Below the pieces are notes generated by a model, which ran no database searches, had not been told where the DNA came from, and saw only the letters and a program-made list of their open reading frames with translations. A stretch of 64,000 nt of DNA from Phoronis australis (Eukaryota; Animalia; Phoronida), in the NCBI GenBank assembly GCA_002633005.1, contig NMRA01000754.1:1-64000 (forward strand), written 5' to 3'. The position numbers and the translations under genes were made by a program. Shown here in pieces: positions 28,401 to 38,490 of the stretch (position 1 is its first letter; every line of letters begins with the position of its first letter).

Positions 28401-31400
28401 CGGTAAACGTATCAAACAAGGAAAACTGTGTACAGCAGAGACTCGAACTCACAACCTGGCGGGTTGCGCGCGCATGCGTTACCACTACACCACAACAACT
28501 TATCTGCTAACCTGATACTAGGAGACCTACTTGTTTATGGTCCATAGCGTTTGAGCGCGAAACCTACTTCTTTTTGTAATGCTTATTACGCGTTTTATAT
28601 TTTGTGCAATTGGTTCTTAACTTTGTTGTATTTAAAATAGTCTTCAAATGCCCAAAAGACCAAATCCGTTTTTCGTGTTGGCAATAATGACGGGTTGCTT
28701 AGGAAATTGTCTTAAGTCAGTTTGACAAAGAGAGAATTATGAGTTTCTGAGTGATTCACTAAGACTTCGATTAAAATTCACATCTTACCCGCAGCTTCTG
28801 TTTTTTCATCGTCACTCAGGTTCCATTTTCTTTAAAAAATGAAGTAAATTTTCTTCATAGCACAATGGAGCAGACGACGGAAACGGGGTCGTAGTGCGCA
28901 GCGCCACTGCCGGTTGCCTGGGATATCGGGGGAGAGCCTATACTTTGCCATAGTTCCGTTACGAATGCGCCGTGTTCCGAATTTGATACTTGAAATTGGA
29001 TCTGAGCCTCCCCCCAAACACTAAAACTGCACACATTTAAATCTTGTTTCATCCGTATAAGTTTAATTACCTGGGTTAATTAATAAACTCNCCTATGTTC
29101 TATCACGTGCAGAAGAGACAGGGCATAGAGTTTCCACGTTACTGACCTGTTGTGAACTCGAGTGCGATACACGTCTTTGTTGACGCCTGTGGGAAGAGTT
29201 ATGGTGCTGTTGCGTATATCATCAGTGACAGCCGACAATACCTAGTTTGCTCAAAGACCAAAATTTTCCCGCTACCACGTCTCGAGTTGCAAGCAGCATT
29301 ACTGGGAGTTCGTCTACTGGAATTCGTCAATATAATTATTCCTTTTGACTCTATGAAGTTGGATCAAGAGCCCAAGTCCTTTACGATTCTGTACATTTGC
29401 GTCCAATCGTGTACAGCACACATCTCCAATTTTTGTCTGTCCTGTCGGTAACGGGTCGACGACCGGTCGGCTGTCTTCTGACATGAAAATCAATGAATGC
29501 GGCAATTTAAAAAATTCATTCTGGAAGAATTTTTAAAAATTTATTAAGTTTGGTGCCTACACTGTAGCAGAGATCCACCGCCTATCGCCTACACGTGCTT
29601 GGAGCCATGTAGCTGGCACAAGAAAGTTCAGCCGACTTAGCCAGTAGAGTGAATAGTGGAAGAATTGGGTCAGATATATACATCATCCCAGTGACAGTTA
29701 CATGTAGGCTATCATTTGTTATGTGATAAAACAGTTGGCCAGAACAACCAAATTTAGCCCAAACAGATGAAGAAGCGAAGAGCACTTGTTACAGGTGCTG
29801 AAGTAACCAATTCTGTTGAGAACTTTTTCCCAGTTTTACTGCCATCCTAGAAGATTGTTCGCGTTACAGCTTTTATTTTGAAGTGGACAAATAGACACAG
29901 GTCATCAAGTACAAATTTGTCTTCAAGTGATATAAGCGATGCCGAGAATAAGTTTCTAAATGCTGTGCAGCACCAGCATGCATACACCCTTTGTACGACG
30001 CCATTGTGGTCGATGCACATAGAAGTCTCATGCATGCTGGTGTCCTCTGTGGCTTCTCAGATCCGCAAGAAATCCTGAATCATCAGGTGCCAACGACTAT
30101 GCCGTTACATTCGTGCTAGATGTGTGACTTTCAAGAGATGCGACCAACCTTTACCAGTATCCTTGTCTAAGACAGCGCGACTTCCAGCGGACAGAGTTAA
30201 TTTTAGTGTCTCTTTTGCTTCTCGTGGTATAGACTACTTTGGGTCGTTCCATCTCAAACTTCAGTCAAAAATTTCCATTCTGATCTTTGTCTGTTGTACT
30301 ACGAGAGCACTGCAATGTGAGTTGACAGATACTTCAACTACCAGAAAGTTTTTGCATACTTTTGGTTGCTGGATATGGTGTCCCGAAGATTGTGTGCTCA
30401 GACAATGCCCTGGCGTTCAAGAAAACCTGCCAAATATTGAGGATAGAGTGGAACTTCATATGTGCCCTGAAGGCTTGGTGGCTGGAGGTTTCTACGAGAG
30501 GTTTGTGCAGTTGTTTAAGTGTTGGTTAAAGCACTTGTGTCTAGAAAGCAGTCAGAGTACGTTGTTGCTGAAGTCGAGCGAGTGAATAATTTACGCCCCC
30601 TGACGGCCGTGACACACCCTGTCACTCCTTGAGCTTTCCTGGAACAGGCATTTTCAGATTATTACTAGCCCTGTGAGATGAACGCTGACCAGATGACTAT
30701 AAGATTTACTCACGTATCATGTCATTAACTACTAGACATCGTTGGAGAAACGAGTACATTGTCTCTCTTTACCGTTTGTTTAAGACTACAAATAATCAAC
30801 GCATTTTAAGGCAGGAAGTATAGGACTGGTTGACAATGAGAAAGGTAGAAATTCCTGGCCTATGACAAACTTACTGCAAGTTAGCCCTGGATCTGACAAA
30901 TCTGTTCAGATGTGCGGACCAGTCTGATGTGCATCCTTCAGAGAGACTGAAACCTCCTCCTGTGATTCACAGTGGTATACAAGTAAAGTTAAGAAATGTA
31001 TTGTACGGTTAAGCTTCGACTTTCGTGACATTTTACCTGAATTTCTAGAATGCTCAAGAGTTCGTTATTTACTTAAATCTTTTAAATTTTACAACAGTCG
31101 TTGTTCGACGCCCCAGAAGCACCCTTGGCGCATCTGCAAATACTTATGAGCAATGTTTTCATTTCATCAAACAGTTGGAACCACGTTGGAGACCTCGTCA
31201 CTTTCATCCAGAAATTCAGGCAAAGGAATATCTGTTCTCGCCCTGGTGAAAGACATCGTTGGCGTCTTTAACCTTGAAATTGTTTTTGCAGCTGCTGTTG
31301 ACTGCTGAACAGGTTGCAGTCGATTGCATAACGATTACTGTTTAATTAATTCTCTTATCAGGTCCGTCTAGATTTGTTGAACATGCCGCCGATAAATGTA

Positions 31401-32822
31401 CAAAGCACTAAATGTTTAGTAGTCAATTATTTCAACGATCTTTGGTAGAACTATAGAACAGCATGGAAGCGCGATACGCTTTTTGTGTGACTTTCGCCGA
31501 CTTCACCGCAAGCATTCTCAACTAATTCAAACAGATATTAACAAAACCCGTTCACACTGGTGTTCTAGACAATACAGTCTACGTCTATCACTGGTACTGG
31601 CGAGTATGCAGACCTACTAGACATGTACCTGTCGTTCTTTGCTTGCTGTTTTTTCGCGGTGTCGCGTTATGGCACGAAAAGACTGGTGACGCGACTTCAA
31701 AATTTTTTGTGACTTCAAAACAATCCCAAGTCGCCATGAAATAGCAGGATTTCTATAACTTGCAAAGACGTCAGAAGGAGCCAGGCAAAACGAATTCACT
31801 GTTGCGTTGCTGGGACTGTACGAATAGTTCAATAATCTAGAATAACAAAACTTCGTTCAGGAAAGATTTTAAGTGGTTCCAACTTAAAACGATATGGTAA
31901 GGTGACTACTCATACTTATCGCGTTTTTAATTAGCCTAAAACATGTCAAGTTTTTTTGTTACAGCCAATTTATAACTTCTAATTAAGCGTCCAAGCAGAA
32001 ATAGATTAAATAATTGTGGGAATGGATAGTTTGGACCTTGTAACTTAGCTTTTATTAGTAAATTGCAAGTCTAATGTGCCAAAAACATTTTCAATGTGAC
32101 ACCGATTCCTTTTAACGGTGTGTTTACTGGCTGTGTTGTCTATGGCTCAGATAAAGAATTCGTTCTGCTGAATTTTTTTGCTCGTCGATGACAGTGGCAC
32201 CAATGAAAATATGCGTTTTTTTAACTTAGATACTCAGTCGCGTGCGTCCAAGTACACGACTGTTACCATAACTGGCGTCGTCGTTGGCACCATTCTTGTA
32301 CTTGCCGGTGTGTCTATAGCTTGCGTCTGGTACCGCAAAAACAAGCATCCACGACGAGAGGACAGCAATCAGGTTCTTACCGAAGTTCATTTGTACAACG
32401 AGAAGATACCTCAAGTTGCTTCAAGTGTTGACATGCGCATAGAAACCAACAACAACACCCAGGGCGAGAATAAGCTAAGTCTTGGGGCAGGAAATGCGGG
32501 CTTGCAGAGAAAATTAAATGATCGGGAAATGTTGTTGAGCTCACCCGACTCGTGTGTGTTTGTATTGACGGCTATCGAAAGCAATTTGAGTAGTTTGCGG
32601 AAGAAACAGGTTTTACAACCAAGTGACACCCAGAGGACCAATCTCCCATCCCAAACCTTTACTGAATGCGCACAAACGCGACAGGCAATTGAACCATCCT
32701 CTGTTGTGGGCGTTTCTGGAGTCGATATGCCGGCAAGAAAGAGCGCCGTCCCTTGGTCAACGCCTGAAATACCTTTTGCTGCAAGTGAGCCTGACCAGAA
32801 TATGGTCGAATCGCAAGTTTGA
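5676..32822 (+). CDS. Multi-TSP1-repeat type I transmembrane protein (15 TSP1 + mucin-like stalk + TM + PDZ-binding tail); 5' end not found
   Basis: 18 exons with AG/GT boundaries and all phase-1 junctions join in one frame (~1130 aa). TSP1 exons: 5676-5849, 6639-6812, 7747-7920, 8884-9057, 10000-10173, 11635-11808, 12749-12922, 14332-14505, 15472-15645, 16612-16785, 17723-17896, 19773-19946, 22248-22421, 22956-23129, 23847-24020. Stalk: 25322-25378, 27938-28081. Last exon: 32230-32822. Linkage crosses an N gap (10888-10912) and an n (29091). Confidence 0.75.
6639..6812 (+). CDS. TSP1 exon 2
   Basis: 174 nt, phase 1-1; VNGKWSSWTSWGSCSVTCKVG...ENHTCNTNKNCP. Confidence 0.9.
7747..7920 (+). CDS. 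TSP1 exon 3
   Basis: 174 nt, phase 1-1; WSSWTPWGSCSVTCEVG... Confidence 0.9.
8884..9057 (+). CDS. TSP1 exon 4
   Basis: 174 nt, phase 1-1; WSSWTSWGFCSVTCEVG...NTKKNCP (not in the + ORF track). Confidence 0.9.
10000..10173 (+). CDS. TSP1 exon 5
   Basis: 174 nt, phase 1-1; WTPWGSCSVTCEVGETT...CHG. Confidence 0.9.
10371..10887. mobile_element. Long-hairpin element B inserted in a TSP1-array intron
   Basis: ~165-bp imperfect palindrome 10375-10538 (atagattattacatg...catgtaataatctat). It is absent from sister intron copies, starts at a TA, and its far end runs into the N gap. Confidence 0.75.
11635..11808 (+). CDS. TSP1 exon 6
   Basis: 174 nt, phase 1-1; WTSWGSCSVTCEVGETT...CQG. Confidence 0.9.
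12749..12922 (+). CDS. TSP1 exon 7
   Basis: 174 nt, phase 1-1; WTSWGFCSVTCEVG...CHG. Confidence 0.9.
14332..14505 (+). CDS. TSP1 exon 8
   Basis: 174 nt, phase 1-1; WTPWWSCSVTC...CHGKYSENRTCNTYKKCP. Confidence 0.88.
15472..15645 (+). CDS. TSP1 exon 9
   Basis: 174 nt, phase 1-1; VNGQWSSWTPWESCSVTC. Confidence 0.9.
16612..16785 (+). CDS. TSP1 exon 10
   Basis: 174 nt, phase 1-1; VNGQWSSWTPWESC...RERECDNP. Confidence 0.9.
17723..17896 (+). CDS. TSP1 exon 11 (weak acceptor)
   Basis: 174-nt open frame VDGKWSNWSSWGSCTVTC...HKNCS; the acceptor actgaagcgcag lacks the ttttgttccag tract seen in sister exons. Confidence 0.7.
18080..19265 (-). mobile_element. Truncated Ty3/Gypsy-like LTR retroelement (LTR + PBS-like site + decayed gag) in intron 11
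   Basis: Interrupts the intron repeat unit. The minus strand reads ...ACA|cggtgtcaggagt at ~18810, resembling an LTR end plus TGGTGTCAG-type PBS. Gag-like peptide ELKHHAKGSENCDTEDTFICDRIVNGVRDNHTKLKLL and a CCHC knuckle-like ICGSFGHFANSTIC follow. Confidence 0.6.
19773..19946 (+). CDS. TSP1 exon 12
   Basis: 174 nt, phase 1-1; VNGKWSSWTTWQSCSVTCDVG...STRMNCP. Confidence 0.9.
22248..22421 (+). CDS. TSP1 exon 13 (second subtype)
   Basis: 174 nt; VNGRWSSWAFSTPCDVSCGNGTRVRKRACDDPAPMYDGFNCSGNSSQVVRCSNRIGCP. Confidence 0.9.
22902..22947. repeat. (AT)n microsatellite next to the exon 14 acceptor
   Basis: About 23 AT units directly before tgtttcag. Confidence 0.95.
22956..23129 (+). CDS. TSP1 exon 14 (second subtype)
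   Basis: 174 nt; VNGKWSSWIFSTPCDVTCGNGTRVKERACNDPAPMFGGFNCSGDSAVVVRCSNVFDCS. Confidence 0.9.
23847..24020 (+). CDS. TSP1 exon 15 (second subtype)
   Basis: 174 nt; VDGHWSSWSYSTPCDVTCGNGSRIKERACDDPAPMFSGSNCSGDSSEVVSCTNGIDCP. Confidence 0.9.
25322..25378 (+). CDS. Putative short linker/stalk exon
   Basis: aaacag|...|gtaagt, 57 nt, phase 1-1; GATIDMPLSTTPLPVRLSG. Confidence 0.55.
25417..26340 (-). mobile_element. 5'-truncated non-LTR retrotransposon (CR1/L2-group LINE), 3' end
   Basis: ORFs 26093-26335 and 25746-26123 give RT C-terminal motifs KLLGVTVDKTLSWSSHI, YCSTVW, LGWLPI and KSFF...WRNL, with a frameshift. The minus strand ends in AATAAA plus an (ATT)n tail. Confidence 0.85.
26755..27575. 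repeat. Two tandem copies of a ~400-bp repeat; the second carries long hairpin C
   Basis: Both copies start atacacaaaacgtacc (~26763, ~27130) and end gaatcggcgc...tgcagac. Palindrome at 27135-27280. Related fragments at ~34845-35170 and ~46760-47005. Confidence 0.75.
27938..28081 (+). CDS. Ser/Thr/Pro-rich (mucin-like) stalk exon
   Basis: ttacag|...CTCAG|gtact, 144 nt, phase 1-1; MSSSRSFSPPSTAKTAGSTSIISPRGSSSVSPTVPRLPVSTVKDVTS, a frame not shown in the ORF track. Confidence 0.7.
28186..28400. mobile_element. MITE fragment of the CAGTGGCGGATCTAG family
   Basis: Same terminus followed by a G-run as at 47738; related ends at ~2424, ~42267 and ~50060. Confidence 0.55.
28430..28497 (-). mobile_element. 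tRNA-derived SINE head / tRNA pseudogene
   Basis: Minus strand has TGGTGTAGTGG (A box) and GTTCGAGTC (B box); no complete cloverleaf found. Confidence 0.5.
29100..30950 (+). mobile_element. Degenerate BEL/Pao retrotransposon pol (RNase H + integrase)
   Basis: IHVFVDACGKSYGAVAY, LVCSKTK, LPRLELQAALLG (BEL/Pao RNase H); GIDYFG, ILIFVCCTTRA, SDNA (shifted frame) and GGFYER (integrase). Many stops and frameshifts. Confidence 0.88.
32230..32822 (+). CDS. Terminal exon: TM helix + cytoplasmic tail ending -ESQV
   Basis: Acceptor ttttttaacttag|AT, phase 1; hydrophobic VTITGVVVGTILVLAGVSIACVWY followed by basic RKNKH; open to TGA at 32820-32822. Confidence 0.8.
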
Positions 32823-35800
32823 TCCGACTGCATACATCTGAATAGCAATGCAAAAATTAGGCAAAAAGAAAAAAATAAACATTATGGGAGTACCACAGTC
32901 CACGAAAGTAGATTTTTCAGTTATGCACTTTACTCATGTGTGGAACTAACTTCATACGATCCATAATTTGTTTTCAATCGTTTAACGAAATGTAGAAATC
33001 ATTCCTTTTCCGTAACTTTTCACTAAACAAGGTACCGGTAGAGGAGCGCAAACTGTAAATTCGATTTCAAAGCATGTTTAAGAACTTCGTAGCTCATGAC
33101 TTATGGAACGTTCTCTTTGCCGCGATGGGATTAAGAAATGGAAGCTATATTTATCAAATGTTTTTATTTGAATGACCTCAGTGTCGACGCCGGCCCTACG
33201 CGCATACAAATATTGTTACTGTTTGCTTCCGGAAAACTTCCGGGTAAAAGTATTAAGAATTAAAGCACACTACTTATCAGATAGCCATGGCCTAATATTC
33301 AAATCACGGAGGCAATGTACCGAGGAAGAGCACTGTTGCTCTCTCGAGTTCATCTTGCCCGAAGGATCGGTCTGTATTTGTTTTATGATACGACCACTGA
33401 TACTTCTTTTTGTTATTTCGTCCTTGAACAGCAGTGCTGAGGTAGGGCGTTGGCGCACGTGGGCGCAGCCAATCACCCTTTGGCATTTGAACGTAACGCC
33501 TACGTACCGTAAGTTACGTTCAGTGCTGAAGGTGATATGGTGGGCTTTGGGCGCCTACTTACCTCTAATTTTACCACTACAGCACTGCTGATTAGATTGA
33601 CATGTTCTAACCTGGTTTGATGTACCGCGATCGTCTGCTCCCTTTCTTGACAGGGATTCAGGGTTTCATTCGCTTGATTGATCAGATGGCGAATAGCGAC
33701 ATCAGATTGCCCGACGGTATGTGATATTCCACATTTAGTCAGTTAATAATTCACCACACTGAAGTTATCGCAGTGTGTTTTAGCCAATCAGAGGACAAAA
33801 GTATCAGTGGACGTGTGATAATGACTTCCATCTTCCGCCTTCCCTCGGTATGTGTCACAGACAACAGAGCTCCGACCGCCTCTGGCTACCTTTTCATTGT
33901 TTACACACAAAACTGTTTTTGCACAGCTTCTATTTTCGATTTCTATTACTTATTGTTTGATCGGTTTGCCAACCCCACCTCGGCTGGTACTTGCCGTCAA
34001 TCAACTTATTGCTTCTGTAGACATGTTCAACAACGTACGTTTTGTAACAAGGGACGGTCTCAATCCATAGAAATATTTCACTGGACATTAGCTGCTCAAT
34101 ATTTTGAGACCTTTGTTCAGATTATACGACTCTATGCTCAAATAGCAGCTATTTTAACTTTTCGAGTTCTTGCTTAACGTGGGTATGAGAATGTTCCGAT
34201 GAATTTGTGCACTTTTGGTATACTTTCCAAAATCTTTTATATTTCTCGTGTGTGGTAAGGTATAACTAGTTGTATTTTATTTCTGCATCTGTGGAAACAC
34301 ATAAGAGGAGAAAATGTTGCATCACTTTGGTCACACTATTTGTCGCATTATTTCGACTTTACAAAGAGCAGGCTGTTTAGCATGTAGTGCATGTTTGGTA
34401 TTCAAACCTTTTGGTTGTCTTTCGTTTCATCCAATCACACAAACTATCTTTCTCTGTGACGTCATGCTCCTAGTTTTGCCAGTATTTCACTTTAAAGGTG
34501 ACCCTGTTACCTTGACTAGTGACAGCTGTTACGTTTGCGTTGACAAGAAAGCGATAGTTGTGAAACTAAACCAGTGAATGCCTTTGTTCACGAGCACACC
34601 GCTAGGTAAAAATGAAAATGGCGAAGTGACAAGCGAATAGTAAAAAGTCGAATGTTTGAGTAAACAAGTTCTTTCGAAGGGTTTGATTTCCGTGTATTTA
34701 TATTCCCCGTATTATTTCTGCAGGTGAATGTGTTCACGCTATCGTAATTTCGACCTGAGCAGTTTGATTATGATAAGTACGACACTAAATCTTTGCTTTC
34801 CATGCCAACCTTGTTTAACCCTTCTTTGTACTATTGTAATCAACTTACAAAACATATTTCGAGTGGAGTAGACGAACTAATATCCCACTGGACATTATAC
34901 CGCGTATCCGCCTCGACCGAATTTTATTCTATACGCTTCGAACTCTTAGTTTCTTTTATTTTTTCGGAAGATTTGTAAAACACTTCGCCCAGATTGTTCA
35001 TGTGGCGGATCAAACGTATAGTGTATGTACTTGAGCGTTGATGTTACACGTTTACACTAGTTAAAGAAAACAGTACTAAATGTAACGATGAAACAACGAT
35101 AATTGTGCATTGAATGTGTAACATTTTCTGAAAATAATTAAATAACAACAATATTGTAGTTACCTCAGTTGCAAACGATGTAATATCTATCAAATAAAAC
35201 TGGGACAGTGTGTTATATAATTTGGAAACATAACGTGAACTTAAAGTGACTTTCTTAAAACGGACTTGAGACAATAATAAATGTACTAAGTTAAAATTGA
35301 GTTAAATTGACGAGTTGTCTTAGCTAAGTCACTGTTCTTGAAATGGGTCCCAGATGTTTCCAAAAGCTCCACATGGGATAAGAAGTTCTTGTGACCTTTA
35401 TATCTTTTCACCTCAAAGCACCTTCAGTGAGCACTGAAGCGATTGGGTACAGTGGCGTTTAAAACCTCGCTTATTTCATATTTGTGGCAGGTGGGTGTCC
35501 CCTTTAAGTAGTGGTCAGGCGGGGCACAGACCCGAACCTGTTATAATTTTTGGGTCTAACTTAGCAGTGTTTAACAATTAATCTCAAAAATTCAGAAGCG
35601 CGTCTACATAACGTTGCTGTAATGCGCTAATGTACAGAACACATATTATCGCTCCAGTATCCATTTTTGTGGTGTATGAACAATGTTTACAACATAAATC
35701 TACTCCCGACTCTGCATAGCCACGGGCGTTCAAACTTGTAGGATTCCAGCAAGATAACCTGCATCTGTATGTCTCCATCACGCCATGATGCAATTTACAA

Positions 35801-36239
35801 CGTTGCCCGTCGTCAATAGGAACATTGGTAAGAAGAATAACATCGTATCTGCAGTAGGCCTACTGGTGTGTCCGCTGGAGGCTAAAAAGTAGAAAACGTT
35901 CTATAAAATGATGACCATTAGTTGCGCTCTATATTGTAATTTGCTGACACCGATTTGGACATTTATTACTGTCAGATTCTGTTTTATAACGGTCACAAAA
36001 AACTGCGTCTTGGACGAAATTCACTTTCTTTTGACGAAGCATGAAATAAACATTGTAAACACCATGGAAAGACCATATAATTGTTTTGCCGCCGGGTTGC
36101 GTTGAGTTATGAAGGCAGCAGCCCTGGAAAGCATTTGGGAACGCAGAGGGTTGACACTGCAGTCATTTTGACAGTTTTTTATAATGTTTATTACGAAATC
36201 TTCGATACAATGAATATACATAACCCAGAAAGTCCCAAG

Positions 36240-37385
36240 AGGCATTATATCTGGGTTAAAAAAGTACAAAGAAATCTATATACAATTATTTTACACATAT
36301 ACATAAATTAAAAAAACCTGTTGTTAAGATTACAATGAAATATGATTACGAAAGTAAATAAATCACTTTCATACACATGTATACAATTTTATCCACTCAC
36401 ACAAAGAGATTTAATATTATAAAGGAATTTTGATACTATTATGAATAAAACCTTATTTTCATTTGGGTTGAGTTCTTGAATTCCATATAGAAAAAAATTA
36501 ATTTTGTTGTACACTTGCGGAATTTCAGAATATTTTTTATAAATATTGGGGTATTGTTCGAGTGTCTGGAAAAGTTTACCATATGCTCCGTGCATACCTC
36601 ACAAGCAAAGAAAACATGAGCATTTGTCTGTGCGTCTCTACAGCAACACAGACGCGAAATACTATTAAAATTATGTCTAAATTTCTCGTTGTTCAGGAAA
36701 AGACCGCATCTTGATCTTTATAGGATTATTTCGTGGTTGCGAGGAAATTGGAACGATGTCAATGGGACTGGCAACTCTTGAGTAGTATGCATTTTAACGT
36801 TATTTTTTAGAGTGACGATTGAAGTGCTTTATTTTATTTTGGATGGTAAGGAATTCCAGTTGTCAATACAATTTATTACGGTTGATTTCCTGAAGGCTTG
36901 GCTGAGAGAAAATTGAATAGTGTGCATATTACTTTGCCGCAGTCCTGGTCTTGTGTTAGGTCTTTTGTAGGAGTCTAAGAGGGTTGTGTTTGAGTAATTG
37001 TTTATCTTGGTTAAGACTTTGAATGAATACATGGACAAGTGGAGTTGACGACGAGTTGCTAGTTTGCTCCAGTTGAGACAGTTTAAAACCTTGATTGTGT
37101 TGGACCCTTTGTATGCTCCTGTTATGGCTAAAGCTGCTTGGTATTGTAGTCTTTCTCATTGAGGGAGTATGCCAGCGTTTGTCGATTGGTAGATTATGTC
37201 ACAGTAATCTAGATGTGGAAGAACAAAAAACTTGAACAGAGTTTCAAGATGCATGGAGTTGAGATGACGAGAGACAATTCTAATTGGATTGATTAATTTT
37301 TGTACTTTGTGAACGAGTTCGAGACAGTGAGGAGTAAATGTAAGCTTGTGGTCTAGTAGCAATGCAAGATGTTTGTGTGTGAACT
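36240..37385 (-). mobile_element. Decayed CR1/L2-group LINE 3' fragment
   Basis: LLDHKLTFTPH, VLPHLDYCDIIY and NWNSLP motifs across frameshifted ORFs. Confidence 0.8.
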
Positions 37386-38490
37386 TGATTTTGTTTTGCT
37401 CACTTTAACATAAATCGTTTCAAATCTTGTATATTTATACATCTTTGTATCAAAGCCACATTTAGCCCTGTTTAGATGACTAAAATTGAGAATCGAATTA
37501 GGCCTTTTGTCTTGTAAAATCGTTCATGTGATACTGCTAATCGTAAAAGGGTGCCTTTTCTTTACCAGTACACCAATTACACGTAATGCGTACATGCGCC
37601 ATTTTCTAATCCTGAACTTCGACCAACCCAAATACCTCCATCTCTGACTTCGTTTTTGAGTAGCTGGTGTCAATGTTACCATTGGTAACGGAGATAGCTA
37701 TGCTGTGAGACAGGTTTTCTTGTAGCTACATAAACAAGATGGAAAGCAGTTGCGATGTTATCATGAAATCTAGCTCTACTCCGAATACTGGCTCTGTTTT
37801 TCCAAAATTTGATTTTAGACTTGAGAACTTTTCGACAGATACTAGTACACTTCATGCACAACACATGTTGTCTGCAACAATAACACAGCGCATGAAACTT
37901 ATGGAGATTCCACGCAAGAGCACAAATATGCTCTTATCAAGTAGCCACGGAGAGCAAGATTACATGTACATGTAGATAAGTGGATATGGTGTCACTTTAT
38001 TTACACCCATTTGTATGCAGACAAAACTCCGTTTGACATTCAAAAATGTTACCCAACTTCCTATACCTTCACCAATAAAAAATCGTACTTTACAATTTCC
38101 TGTTGTTGAAATCTTTTTCAAAATCTACTGGCATCCGAAGGCCAGGAATACTTTGTTCTTCCGTGAAATGAAAAATATTTATTGCAGACGTCCTATACCC
38201 GAATAGCACCGGACGTGCGCAGGGCATATTGGTAGGGCCCATTGCAAAAAAAATAATTCAAATTCACAGTCCCCGCTGTTTCCGCTTGTCGGGTCATTTC
38301 ACTTAACCTACACAAAAGAGTCATTGGTAGCTCAGAGCATGTCAGGTCATCTTATTTTCCCTTTTGGCGGAGTTAGACAGGGTCCAGTGATTCCCCAGAA
38401 CAAATGTCCACAGTAGAAGTTGCTTCCGTAGCCTACACTTTATATTCATGTACAATTCCTAACATGACGGTAAAAGAAAAACGTCTAAAC

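Noticed and set aside
5676-32822. Naming the gene hemicentin, SCO-spondin, semaphorin-5 or ADGRB
   Set aside because: No G2F/EGF, TIL, Sema, GAIN or 7TM exons were found; TSP1 similarity alone does not give orthology.
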